Assembly: GCA_963542825.1 (NCBI GenBank)
Contig: CAUTZD010000002.1
Coordinates: 6,326-70,325, forward strand
Length of the DNA stretch: 64,000 nt
DNA from: an uncultured Acholeplasmataceae bacterium
GTDB taxonomy: Bacteria; Bacillota_I; Bacilli_A; ML615J-28; CAG-698
Reading direction: 5' to 3'
Of this stretch, positions 1 to 9,495 are shown piece after piece. Every line of letters starts with the position of its first letter. Position 1 is the stretch's first letter. A program made the position numbers and the translations under genes. The notes beneath the pieces were generated by a model, which worked only from the letters and a program-made list of their open reading frames with translations, was not told the DNA's origin and did no database searches.

Positions 1-2
1 TT

Positions 3-1112
3 AAAACCCCTCCGCTTAAAAAGATTGCTCCTGAGACTTTTGTTTTAGTTTATAATAAATACGTCATAAAAGATGCGATAAACCAGGAGTTATCACGGAA
101 TGGTCAGGTGTTTTATTTAACAAACGATTTAGCTTTTCATGAGCACAAAGTTAAAGAAATAAAATCATTAGTTCCAAAAGCAAGAGTAGTTAATGCTCAC
201 GGTCAAATGAACAAGCAAGAACTTGAAGGAGTAGTTGAAGATTTCATCAATAAAAAATATGATGTTTTAATAGCAACAACAATCATCGAAACCGGAATTG
301 ATATTCCGAATGTTAATACTTTAATTGTTGAAGACAGCCAAAACCTAGGGCTTGCCCAAATGTATCAACTGAGGGGGCGTGTTGGGCGCGGCGATAAGGT
401 AAGTTATGCTTACTTTACAATCCCGAAAGTTTTTTCAGAATCTGAAGCCATCAGTAAAAGGCTTGAAGCAATTAAAGGTTTTACAGAACTAGGCAGCGGA
501 TACCGAATTGCGATGGAAGATTTGTTAATTAGAGGGGCTGGTAATCTTTTAGGAACTAAACAATCAGGACGAATTAACGACATCGGACTTGGTACTTATA
601 TGGAACTATTAGAAAATGAAATTAAAAAGCATCATAATGAAAAAGCCGAAGAAACACGTGTTCCTGATAAAATAAACATCAATAGATATATTCCTAGTAA
701 TTATGTTTTGGAAGATGAACTTAGATTATATATCCATAAAAATATTTTAAATATTAAATCGAGAGAAGATCGCGAAGAATTAATAACTTCATTAACGAAT
801 CGTTTTGGACTTCTGTCAAGTGAAATCCTAACTTATATTAACGCTACTTTTCTAGAACAATTATTTAATATTTGTTTGGTTGAAGAAGTTCATGATGCTC
901 GCGATAAAGTCGTAATTTATTTTAAAGAAGAACTAACCAAAAAAGTAAAAGGTGAAGTGTTTTTAGAAGCGCTTTATAAAACGACTGATAATTGTGCTAG
1001 ATTTAGTCAAAATCGTTTCGTTTTAGAAATCAAAAAACAAGCAAGTTATGCAAGTGACTGGATTGATGAAGCAACAAAAATTTTTGAAAATCTCCAAAAA
1101 ATTTTTGTATGA
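3..1112 (+). CDS. mfd: transcription-repair coupling factor Mfd, C-terminal part (5' end lies outside window)
   Basis: Frame is open from the window edge (KTPPLKKIAPETFVLVYNKY...). SF2 helicase motifs TTIIETGIDIPNVNT and YQLRGRVGRG are followed by a TRCF-type C-terminal domain. The ORF-track start at 108 is an internal GTG. Confidence 0.9.
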   Translation, partial: KTPPLKKIAPETFVLVYNKYVIKDAINQELSRNGQVFYLTNDLAFHEHKVKEIKSLVPKARVVNAHGQMNKQELEGVVEDFINKKYDVLIATTIIETGIDIPNVNTLIVEDSQNLGLAQMYQLRGRVGRGDKVSYAYFTIPKVFSESEAISKRLEAIKGFTELGSGYRIAMEDLLIRGAGNLLGTKQSGRINDIGLGTYMELLENEIKKHHNEKAEETRVPDKININRYIPSNYVLEDELRLYIHKNILNIKSREDREELITSLTNRFGLLSSEILTYINATFLEQLFNICLVEEVHDARDKVVIYFKEELTKKVKGEVFLEALYKTTDNCARFSQNRFVLEIKKQASYASDWIDEATKIFENLQKIFV

Positions 1113-1303
1113 GTAATTTCAATTAGAATAGTTTTATAGAGTTAGGTGTTAAATTATTCAAGAATTTTCCGAAAACAGATTTAAACGCGAGTTTTAAATG
1201 CTTTTCCTTTGTTTAATCTAGGATTTTTAAAAAAATCTAAAAATACGTGAAAAAGCATAAAAACATTCACTAATAATAAAATTTACGGATTTTTTGTTTC
1301 TGG

Positions 1304-1312
1304 TGGTATAAT
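1304..1312 (+). promoter_or_regulatory. candidate extended -10 promoter element (TGgTATAAT) upstream of fba
   Basis: TGGTATAAT lies about 75 nt upstream of the fba start. The -35 is poor (TTTACG at 19-nt spacing). Confidence 0.35.
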
Positions 1313-1385
1313 TTAGTTGCTTAAAAATATTATCTTTTGGCGATAAAATAAATAGAAAAAAACTTACTAATTAAGGAGGTAAAAA

Positions 1386-2252
1386 ATGTTAGTTAGTATG
1401 AAGGAAATGCTTTTAAAAGCGAAGGAAGGAAAATACGCGGTTGGACATTTTAATATCAACAACCTAGAGTGGACAAAGTCTATTTTAAAAGTTGCAGAGG
1501 AAATGAAGTCACCAGTTATTTTAGGTGTTTCTGAGGGTGCTGCAAGATATATGACTGGGTATAAGGCAGTAGCAGGAATGGTTAAAGGAATGCTTGAAGA
1601 TATGAATATTACTGTCGATGTTGCTTTACATCTTGATCATGGTTCAACATTCGAAGCTTGTAAGAAAGCTATCGATGCTGGTTTTTCTTCAGTAATGATT
1701 GATGCAAGCCAACACGAGTTTTCTAAAAACATGGAAATAACAAAACAAGTAGTTGATTATGCACACGAACGGGGAATCAGCGTTGAAGCGGAACTAGGTC
1801 ACGTTGGCGGGCAGGAAGACGATGTTCAAGATCACGGCATTTTATATGCTGATAAAAACGAATGTGTTAAGATGCTTGAACTTACTAAAATTGACTGTTT
1901 AGCTCCTGCTCTTGGTAGTGTTCACGGTCCATATCATGGTGAACCAAAACTTGGCTTCAAAGAAATGAAAGAGATTCAAGAAGCAACAGGACTTCCACTT
2001 GTTCTTCATGGTGGTAGTGGTATTCCTGATGAACAAATTAAGAAAGCGATTAGTTATGGAACTTGTAAAATTAATGTTAATACCGAAAGCCAGCAAGAGT
2101 TCAATAAGATTCTTAGAGAATTTATTGCTGATAAGAAAAACAAAGACGTTTATGATCCACGAAAGCTTATTACCCCAGCAACTGCCGGAATTGAAAAAGT
2201 AGTTCGTGAAAAAATTAAACTTTTTGGTTCTGAAGGAAAAGCAAGTAAATAA
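1386..2252 (+). CDS. fba: class II fructose-1,6-bisphosphate aldolase
   Basis: [23 protein letters not shown] and VLHGGSGIP are class II FBA motifs. Strong SD (AAGGAGG) lies 7 nt upstream. Confidence 0.93.
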   Translation: MLVSMKEMLLKAKEGKYAVGHFNINNLEWTKSILKVAEEMKSPVILGVSEGAARYMTGYKAVAGMVKGMLEDMNITVDVALHLDHGSTFEACKKAIDAGFSSVMIDASQHEFSKNMEITKQVVDYAHERGISVEAELGHVGGQEDDVQDHGILYADKNECVKMLELTKIDCLAPALGSVHGPYHGEPKLGFKEMKEIQEATGLPLVLHGGSGIPDEQIKKAISYGTCKINVNTESQQEFNKILREFIADKKNKDVYDPRKLITPATAGIEKVVREKIKLFGSEGKASK

Positions 2253-2260
2253 TAGACAAA

Positions 2261-2288
2261 ACGATCACTTAAAAAGTGATCGTTTTTT
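2261..2288 (+). terminator. rho-independent terminator after fba
   Basis: Perfect hairpin ACGATCACTT / AAGTGATCGT followed by a T-run. Confidence 0.8.
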
Positions 2289-2328
2289 AATAACTAATAT
2301 CTTTTGTATTTAAATTTTGACAAGTAAC

Positions 2329-2361
2329 AAAAAAGCTGAATTTTTTGAGATTCAGCTTTTT
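2329..2361 (-). terminator. rho-independent terminator after the GDPD gene (A/T-flanked, potentially bidirectional)
   Basis: GCTGAAT / ATTCAGC stem flanked by an A-run and a T-run, 7 nt beyond the minus-strand stop codon. Confidence 0.7.
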
Positions 2362-2367
2362 CTTTTA

Positions 2368-3288
2368 TTATGGTATTAATTTAGGGTTAATGCTATCAAA
2401 AATCAGATTGTCGTATTTAGGAAGATTTTCTTTATAGTCTTTCTCGTCTCTTAAAGTCCAGGCAAATGTCGGAACTTTAAATAACCCCTTACTTACCATA
2501 TAGCCAAAAGACTTTTTGATGTTGTATTGATATGAATAGAAATCAGGACGAGAAATGAAATTTGCAAGCATATTACTAAGAACGAAACGAGCGCTTTTTG
2601 GAGCTTCTTTGTTAATCATAAAATTAGAAGAAAGCTGTCCGCGTAAAACTTCGGGAGCATTCTTACGAAACCACTTCAAGGCTCTTGGGTTAAATGACTG
2701 TACACAAAGAGTAGCTTCAGGATGTTTTTTCATGGCTTCATATGTTAACTTGCAAGTATTTTCTTCAAGTTCTTTTTTCTCGACTTTGATTTCGATTAGT
2801 ACTGGTGTCTTGCCTTTAACAAGCTCTAAAACTTCATCAAATGTTGGAACGGTTTGTGAAGTTTTAAAGATATGATATTTTTTAATTTCTGCAAGCGTCA
2901 TTTCGGCAATCGGGGTTTTGTTTTTGATTTTCTCGTCGTCTGGATATTCATCGATACATGCTCTGTAAAGATTATAATCGTGGTGAACAACGAGTTTTTG
3001 ATCCTTGGTTATTTGCACATCAAGTTCAATGATGTAGTTATTATCGATAGCTTTTTGAAAACTAGCGAGAGAATTTTCACAGTGCTCGGCGCCACTTTTG
3101 TTTTCAAATAGTCCCCGATGTGCTATGGGGTTTTTAGTGAAAGCCTTGAGCTCTTGTCTTTTCGTTAGTCTTGGTGTTGCCATAAAAAAGAAAGTACTAA
3201 CAATTAAAACGAATAAAATAACAATTGTGAGCGATATACCGAAAAGAACTTTTCTTAACCGGTGGCTTTTAGGTTTTTGTGTTTGCAT
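2368..3288 (-). CDS. membrane-anchored glycerophosphodiester phosphodiesterase (GDPD family)
   Basis: N-terminal TM helix, then GDPD motifs HRGL..ENSLASF, ELDVQITKDQKLVVHHD and LIEIK. Confidence 0.85.
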   Translation of the reverse strand: MQTQKPKSHRLRKVLFGISLTIVILFVLIVSTFFFMATPRLTKRQELKAFTKNPIAHRGLFENKSGAEHCENSLASFQKAIDNNYIIELDVQITKDQKLVVHHDYNLYRACIDEYPDDEKIKNKTPIAEMTLAEIKKYHIFKTSQTVPTFDEVLELVKGKTPVLIEIKVEKKELEENTCKLTYEAMKKHPEATLCVQSFNPRALKWFRKNAPEVLRGQLSSNFMINKEAPKSARFVLSNMLANFISRPDFYSYQYNIKKSFGYMVSKGLFKVPTFAWTLRDEKDYKENLPKYDNLIFDSINPKLIP

Positions 3289-3406
3289 ATTAACTCCTTG
3301 ATTTACACAAGCATTATACTGAAAAACATTTAATAGGCAAGAAAAATCCCAAGATGTTTAAAGTTTCTTTCATTTTAAGCGAAAAAGACGAATAAGAATA
3401 ATTTTA

Positions 3407-3415
3407 TGGTATAGT
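3407..3415 (+). promoter_or_regulatory. candidate extended -10 element (TGgTATAGT) directly in front of the 3417/3423 start codons
   Basis: TGGTATAGT ends 7 nt before the ATG at 3423. There is no SD. Confidence 0.4.
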
Positions 3416-3416
3416 A

Positions 3417-4064
3417 ATGTATATGGAATTTAATTATCAAAAACAAACATATAAAATTGTATCTTTAGTGAAAGCTGGTGATTTTACTAAAGCCAGGGCC
3501 TTAGTAAAATCAGGGTTACTTCTTGAACCAAACAACCCTAGCCTTTTGTATTTGAAAGCTTGGCTTAATGAAGGAAAGCCGGTGTTTCCCGAGGATATCA
3601 CAAAGGGAGAAGAGCTTCTTTTAAAATCTCTAGATAGCGAAAACGAAACTTCGTCTATTGAAAGTTATGAATATGACGTCACTAACTTTTACGATAATAA
3701 ACTTATTCCTAAAAAAAAGAAACAAAAAACAAGGTTACCAGATCTCATTATAACAATCATTGGTGGTGTTTTATATCTAATGCTCATGCTCATAAGTTTA
3801 ACATTTCCCTTAAAAATTCTTCACTTTACGTTAATTTTTACACTCATTATTCCATCAGTAATGATAAGCGTAAGTAGTGCTAGATTAATCTTTAAAAAGA
3901 AAAATTTGTTTTATGAATTTTTTGTAGTTTTGTTTCTCATCTTTTTCGTTTCATATTTAAGGTTTATAATAGATATGAACTTTCTAAAGCACCTTGAAAG
4001 GACGGCTCTAGCTTTCTGGGAGTTTTTACTCGACTGGATTGAAAGGACTGATTTTAGGTTATGA
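3417..4064 (+). CDS. hypothetical membrane protein (soluble TPR-like N-terminus, about 4 TM C-terminus)
   Basis: Long ORF with hydrophobic helices. The likely real start is the ATG at 3423 (third codon). Its stop overlaps the next start (ATGA). Confidence 0.6.
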   Translation: MYMEFNYQKQTYKIVSLVKAGDFTKARALVKSGLLLEPNNPSLLYLKAWLNEGKPVFPEDITKGEELLLKSLDSENETSSIESYEYDVTNFYDNKLIPKKKKQKTRLPDLIITIIGGVLYLMLMLISLTFPLKILHFTLIFTLIIPSVMISVSSARLIFKKKNLFYEFFVVLFLIFFVSYLRFIIDMNFLKHLERTALAFWEFLLDWIERTDFRL

Positions 4065-4648
4065 ACAGTAAAGAAATTAACAGCATAATTAAAGAACGTC
4101 TCGTTAAGCGTAATAAACTACGCGATGAGTTTAACAAAAAGCACGAAGAGCTTCTTGATAAAACCAATGGAAGTTATTACACGCTTCACAAAAATGAGCA
4201 AAAGCTTGAGGATCAAGTTTTCTATATAACATTTTCTTTGATCGTTTTTGCCCTTGTTCTCTTTCGGTGGAATAAAATGAAATGGTACTGGTACACAGTT
4301 CTTGGTTTAATGATTGTGGTTCTTGGGCTGTATGTTTTTATTTTAGTTAAAAAGATTCTTTTAAAGAAAAAAGAGAAACAGTATGAAAAGCTTGTAAAAG
4401 AAGTGGAAGCGAAAAAAGTCGAGGCTTTTAAAGCTAGTGAAGAACTTGGAAGTGTTTCCTTGGTATCACTTATTTTACTGGAAAACAAAAAGCTTCTTGA
4501 TGAGAGCGAAGACAAAGAAGAGGTATTTAAGTTTTTATTTAGTTTGTATGTAGATGGTTATAAAAACCGCTACGGATTGGTAGTTGGTGATGATTTTACC
4601 CAAGCATATGAGCAGAAAATTTTGAGGCTTAAACAAAATGAAAAGTAA
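4061..4648 (+). CDS. hypothetical membrane protein (2 TM, coiled-coil-rich)
   Basis: ORF is translationally coupled to both neighbours. No recognisable family motif. Confidence 0.55.
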   Translation: MNSKEINSIIKERLVKRNKLRDEFNKKHEELLDKTNGSYYTLHKNEQKLEDQVFYITFSLIVFALVLFRWNKMKWYWYTVLGLMIVVLGLYVFILVKKILLKKKEKQYEKLVKEVEAKKVEAFKASEELGSVSLVSLILLENKKLLDESEDKEEVFKFLFSLYVDGYKNRYGLVVGDDFTQAYEQKILRLKQNEK

Positions 4649-6788
4649 AAAAGAATATAATATTAAAAACATGACTTGTGCATCTTGCGTCTTTTCAATT
4701 GAAAAAGTTTTAGAAAAAACAAAAGGCGTTAATGATTACAGCGTCAGTTTAATTGATAAAACTGTCAAACTGGAATTTGATGACAAGTTTGATGAAAAGA
4801 TGTTTGAAAAGAACTTACTTAAGTCTGGCTTTAAAATTAACAAAACAAAAAACAGCCAAAACACCTTTTTAATTGTTAAAACAACGCTATCACTTGTCTT
4901 TGGATTTCTTTTGTTTTTCTTTTCGATGGCACCGATGTTTAAAATAGTTCTTCCAAATCTTATAAACCCAAAAACCAATTTTATGAATTATGGGCTTTTA
5001 CTTCTAAGTTTAACAGTTCCTATCGTTTTCCTGAACTACGAGATTTATCTTATTGGATATAAACTACTGTTTAAACTAAAACCAAACATGGATAGTTTGA
5101 TTGCGATTGCAACGACGGTTAGTTTTATTTATAGCGTTGTTATCATGATTATGAAAGACAGTTCTAAACATTACTATTTTGAAAGTAGTGGTGTTGTTTT
5201 GGCGCTCGTAAGCCTTGGTAGATTTTTAGAAGAAATGGCGAAAAAGAAAACTAAAAGGGCAACCAACAGTTTAAAGAAACTAATACCTGATAAGGTGCAG
5301 TTAAAAGGCGATGAGGATAAAAAGTTAATTGGCGATATCAAACTTAACGATATCGTTATTGTAAAAAACGGCGAAGTATTCCCGCTTGACGGTAAAATAA
5401 TTTTGGGAACTGGGACGATAAGCGAAGCGGTTTTGACTGGTGAAGCAAAACCTATCTATAAAACTGTAGGTGATAGCGTTGTTGGTGGATCAACAAGTAT
5501 CGATGGATATTTTGAAGTAGAGGTAACTAAAGAAGCACAGAACGGTTTTATCGCAAACATTTTAAATCTTGTGATGGATGCTGAAAGCCAAAAACCGCGC
5601 ATCCAAAAGCTAGCTGATAAAATCAGTCGTGTTTTTGTTCCAACAATTATCCTTCTATCTTTAATTGGCTTTCTTATTTGGTTTTTATATAAAAGAGAAC
5701 TGTTTGCCGGGATTAACACTTTTGTCTCTGTTTTAACTGTTGCCTGTCCGTGTGCTTTGGGACTTGCAACCCCAACAGCAATTGTTACAACAACAGGAAC
5801 GGGAGCAAGGTATGGAATTCTTTTTAAAACTCCTGAGGCTATTGAAAAAAGCGCAAGAATCACTGCTGTTGCTTTTGATAAAACAGGGACCTTAACTGAA
5901 GGCAGTTTTAAAGTTAAAGAAATAGTTGGTGATAAGAAATACTTAGAGGTTTTATATAGCTTAGAGAAAAATACAAACCACCCAATCAGTTTATCAATTA
6001 CAAACTATTTAGAAAACAAGGGCATTAAAAACCTAAAACCTATTGAAGACTTTAAGGTGCTTCCAGGACTTGGGATTATGGGAAAAATTGACGGTACTCT
6101 ATACTATTTAGGCAGCAAAAGGCTACTTCACGAAAACGGTATTAAAGTAGAAGAAACAGGCGATGATACAACAGTTTATCTAGCAAGCAAGGAAGAACTT
6201 CTTTTAACCGCTATTCTTTCTGATACTATAAAGGAGAATAGTAAAAAGCTAATTAGTGAACTTAAGAAACTAAAAATCAAAACCTATTTATTAACTGGTG
6301 ATAAATATGAAGTTAGTAGCCGTGTTCAAAAGGAACTCGGAATTGATTTTCTATATCATTCTTTGCTTCCAGAGGAAAAGTTAAAAATTATCAAGGAACT
6401 TAATAAGACCGAAAAAGTTCTTATGGTTGGTGATGGGGTTAATGATGCTCCAAGCCTAATGGCTTCGTATACTTCAACTTCAATTATTGAAGGAACAGAC
6501 ATTGCGATGGAATCGGCAGACACAATTTTGATTACTAAAAATATTTTTTCAGTAATTGATCAAATAAGATTAGCGAAACTTGGCATTAGAATTATCGGTG
6601 AGAATTTGTTCTGGGCGTTCTTCTATAACTGTATTGGTGTTGTTTTAGCGCTTGGGGCGTTGTATCCACTTGGAATAACATTTACGCCAACAGTTGGGGC
6701 TTTAGCAATGGCGTTTAGCTCAGTATCAGTAGTTTCAAACGCCCTGAGAGTAGGACTATTTAAAACAAGTAAAACTAAAGAAATATAA
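4638..6788 (+). CDS. copA: heavy-metal (copper-type) translocating P1B-type ATPase
   Basis: N-terminal HMA motif MTCASCV, the CPC motif in a TM helix (ACPCALGLATP), phosphorylation site DKTGTLT and hinge GDGVNDAP. Confidence 0.92.
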   Translation: MKSKKEYNIKNMTCASCVFSIEKVLEKTKGVNDYSVSLIDKTVKLEFDDKFDEKMFEKNLLKSGFKINKTKNSQNTFLIVKTTLSLVFGFLLFFFSMAPMFKIVLPNLINPKTNFMNYGLLLLSLTVPIVFLNYEIYLIGYKLLFKLKPNMDSLIAIATTVSFIYSVVIMIMKDSSKHYYFESSGVVLALVSLGRFLEEMAKKKTKRATNSLKKLIPDKVQLKGDEDKKLIGDIKLNDIVIVKNGEVFPLDGKIILGTGTISEAVLTGEAKPIYKTVGDSVVGGSTSIDGYFEVEVTKEAQNGFIANILNLVMDAESQKPRIQKLADKISRVFVPTIILLSLIGFLIWFLYKRELFAGINTFVSVLTVACPCALGLATPTAIVTTTGTGARYGILFKTPEAIEKSARITAVAFDKTGTLTEGSFKVKEIVGDKKYLEVLYSLEKNTNHPISLSITNYLENKGIKNLKPIEDFKVLPGLGIMGKIDGTLYYLGSKRLLHENGIKVEETGDDTTVYLASKEELLLTAILSDTIKENSKKLISELKKLKIKTYLLTGDKYEVSSRVQKELGIDFLYHSLLPEEKLKIIKELNKTEKVLMVGDGVNDAPSLMASYTSTSIIEGTDIAMESADTILITKNIFSVIDQIRLAKLGIRIIGENLFWAFFYNCIGVVLALGALYPLGITFTPTVGALAMAFSSVSVVSNALRVGLFKTSKTKEI

Positions 6789-6790
6789 GA

Positions 6791-6835
6791 AAAAGAGAGA
6801 AGAAGCACAGAATTTATCGTGTTTCTTCTCTTTTT
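6791..6835 (+). terminator. rho-independent terminator after copA
   Basis: AAAAGAGAGAAGAAGCAC / GTGTTTCTTCTCTTTTT stem (one G-U pair) with a T-run. Confidence 0.75.
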
Positions 6836-6858
6836 ATGTCTTAATTTTGTGGTTTATA

Positions 6859-6886
6859 TTGAATAAAAAATGTTTTTCAGTATAAT
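6859..6886 (+). promoter_or_regulatory. sigma-70-type promoter (TTGAAT-16-TATAAT) immediately upstream of the ATG at 6895
   Basis: Good -35/-10 match. The -10 ends 8 nt before the start codon and there is no SD. Confidence 0.5.
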
Positions 6887-6894
6887 ATATTACC

Positions 6895-8346
6895 ATGGTT
6901 CAAGCCCTAGTATTTATGACATTGTTTGCTACTTTCGTTTTTGTTATGTACTTTTCAGTATATAAAAATGACGAAAGAAAACGCAACATCATTTTTAAGA
7001 GTCTTGGCGTTTTACTTTTTATTGTTAGCTTTTATAGACTCTTAGAAGACAACTTAATTGCTGGCACCATTCACTATAACGAAGTTGAAAAAGCGACATC
7101 CTATATTAGGGAACCTTTTTACATACGCAGTGTTGTTGTTTTCATATCGCTTTCCGAAGCGCTTGTCCAAGCAGGAATGCTCATGGGAATTGTGACGCCG
7201 TTTTTCTCTAAGGGAAAACTTAGTCGTCTTCTTGGAAGCGTTGCGAGCATGATTGGTGGGCTTGTGGCGATTGGCGCTAATAAATACATTGTTTATGGAT
7301 ATGTTGGGTATTTTTCAGAAAAAATTTTACCACTTCATACGATGCTTACAATCGAAGGATCACTTATGATTATGGTATCGATTATCACAATCGTTAAAAT
7401 GGTGAAAAATCACGACAAGTATAATGAACGTGACCTTGCTATTTTTCTTCTTTTATATTTCACGGTTGTTTTGATGATTATTCCTAACCACAGTTTAAAA
7501 GCAGTGTTTGGTTTGCCAACATTTCCTTACATGAATTATTCAACAGGGCATATCAACATTTTACTTTTCTCATTTGCAAGCATCGTTTTTCTTATTATCT
7601 CCTTAAAAAATAAACCGGACTGGATTAAACAAATGGTTATCGTAATGATGTCTTTAAGCTGTTTTTACACTTTTTATAATTATTACTCGATATCACGTTT
7701 TAACAGTTTAACAGCACTTCCCATTCACTTATGTCATACTGCGGTTATTTTGATGCCCCTTGGAATCATTTTTAAAATTAAGCCAGTGTTTTACTTTACG
7801 TATTTTGTAAACGTCTTAGGTGCGTTTTTCGCCTTGGCTTTTCCTTCAATTGGTGAACGTTCTTTCTTTAACAACGAATCAATCAGATTTTGGTATAACC
7901 ACTACTATGATTTCGTTATTCCAATCGTTACTGTCGGTATTGGCTATTTTGAGCGTCCCCAAATTAAAGATGCTTTCTATAGTCTTCTTGTCTTTACGGG
8001 ATACTTTGTCTTAGTAATGGTAATTAATACGATTTTTGTAACACTGCCACTTGGTGAAGGAACTGATTATTTCTTTTTAAATGGTGATACGCTCGCAAAT
8101 AAGATTGGTATTTTAAAAGGAGCCAAAGCTAACTACGTTTGGACAAAAGAAATGCTCGACGGAACTGTTTATAAACTGTACTGGCTTTACGACCTACTTG
8201 TTTACATTGGGTTCTGTGGACTGACTTTTGTTACCTTATTTTTCTACGAATATATGTACAAAACTAGTGATTTATTTTATGATATGCTTGATAGGGCAAA
8301 AGAAAAGCGCAGGCTTTTAGAAATGCCAGCTAATAAGGAGAACTAA
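6895..8346 (+). CDS. polytopic membrane protein, C-terminal half YwaF/TIGR02206-like (TMEM164-related)
   Basis: About 14 predicted TM helices. [16 protein letters not shown] matches the recalled P-x-HLC motif of YwaF-family proteins. The N-terminal half is unassigned. Confidence 0.6.
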   Translation: MVQALVFMTLFATFVFVMYFSVYKNDERKRNIIFKSLGVLLFIVSFYRLLEDNLIAGTIHYNEVEKATSYIREPFYIRSVVVFISLSEALVQAGMLMGIVTPFFSKGKLSRLLGSVASMIGGLVAIGANKYIVYGYVGYFSEKILPLHTMLTIEGSLMIMVSIITIVKMVKNHDKYNERDLAIFLLLYFTVVLMIIPNHSLKAVFGLPTFPYMNYSTGHINILLFSFASIVFLIISLKNKPDWIKQMVIVMMSLSCFYTFYNYYSISRFNSLTALPIHLCHTAVILMPLGIIFKIKPVFYFTYFVNVLGAFFALAFPSIGERSFFNNESIRFWYNHYYDFVIPIVTVGIGYFERPQIKDAFYSLLVFTGYFVLVMVINTIFVTLPLGEGTDYFFLNGDTLANKIGILKGAKANYVWTKEMLDGTVYKLYWLYDLLVYIGFCGLTFVTLFFYEYMYKTSDLFYDMLDRAKEKRRLLEMPANKEN

Positions 8347-8348
8347 AA

Positions 8349-9491
8349 ATGGATTTTAATATTAAAGTACCTGATGAGAAAAAACCAAAGACAAAACAAA
8401 AGAAACATTTTTCGTGCCCATTTTTAAAGTTAAGAGCACGTTATATTAAATCATTAAAAACAAAAATCGAAAAGCTTAATAAAGAACTTGAAGAAAATAA
8501 TCAAGATCTAAAAAGGAAAGTCTTATTAAGCCGTTTATCTTACCGTTACAAATCACTTATTGACCCATTTAATGAGCCAACGTTTGCCCTCAATCATCAA
8601 AAGGAAAAGGTGAGCATTAAAATTCAAAATCTAGAAAACAAAATTATTTTGCTTTCAAAAAAACGCAATCCAAATAACGAAAAAGAAACGAACTATAAAA
8701 TTAACAAAATCAACGAAACGATATCGAAACTCAAAAATCCTGTTTATGAATTTGAAAAATTCACTGCTAGTATTAAAATTGAGAATTTTGCTAAGAAATA
8801 TTCGAAGAATGATTTTTACTCTGTGAAAGATTTTAATCTTGAAGTTAATGCTGGGGAAGTGTTTGGATTTATTGGTCATAATGGTGCCGGTAAATCAACT
8901 GTCATCAAATCGCTTGTTGGTATGCAAACAATAACGAACGGAAAAATGTTTGTGTGCGGTGTCGATATCGCTAAGGAGCCTGACAAGGCAAAAAGCTTAA
9001 TTGGTTATGTTCCTGATAACCACGCGCTCTATGAACGGTTAACCGGAAGAGAATACACTCGCTATGTAGCCGATCTATATCTTGTAAATCCTCTCGTTCG
9101 TGAACAAAGAATTAGCGAATACATTAAAAGATTTGCGATTGAAAAAGAAGTTGATCGCCAAATAAAATCATATTCACACGGTATGAAACAAAAGATTTCG
9201 GTTATTTCTGCTTTGGTTCACAATCCGAAAGTTTGGATTCTTGATGAACCACTTACTGGGCTTGATCCAACCTCAACTTATCAAATTAAAGAATGTATTA
9301 AAGAACACGCAAGTAAAGGTAATATTGTTTTCTTTTCTTCACATGTCATTGAAGTTGTGGAAAATGTTTGTCAGCGAATTGCCGTTATTAAAGCAGGAAC
9401 CTTAAGAATTGTTGACACTGTTGAAAATATTAAGAAAGAAGAAGGGTCGCTTGAAAAACTTTATCTCAAGTATGTGGTAAACGAAAAATAA
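8349..9491 (+). CDS. ABC transporter ATP-binding protein with about 150-aa basic/coiled-coil N-terminal extension
   Basis: Walker [10 protein letters not shown], signature YSHGMKQK, Walker [11 protein letters not shown]. The ABC domain only starts near residue 150. Confidence 0.88.
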   Translation: MDFNIKVPDEKKPKTKQKKHFSCPFLKLRARYIKSLKTKIEKLNKELEENNQDLKRKVLLSRLSYRYKSLIDPFNEPTFALNHQKEKVSIKIQNLENKIILLSKKRNPNNEKETNYKINKINETISKLKNPVYEFEKFTASIKIENFAKKYSKNDFYSVKDFNLEVNAGEVFGFIGHNGAGKSTVIKSLVGMQTITNGKMFVCGVDIAKEPDKAKSLIGYVPDNHALYERLTGREYTRYVADLYLVNPLVREQRISEYIKRFAIEKEVDRQIKSYSHGMKQKISVISALVHNPKVWILDEPLTGLDPTSTYQIKECIKEHASKGNIVFFSSHVIEVVENVCQRIAVIKAGTLRIVDTVENIKKEEGSLEKLYLKYVVNEK

Positions 9492-9495
9492 AAAG

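Noticed and set aside
4638-6788. copA locus as a horizontally acquired metal-resistance island
   Set aside because: There are no mobility genes and no flanking repeats. Composition looks like the rest of the window.
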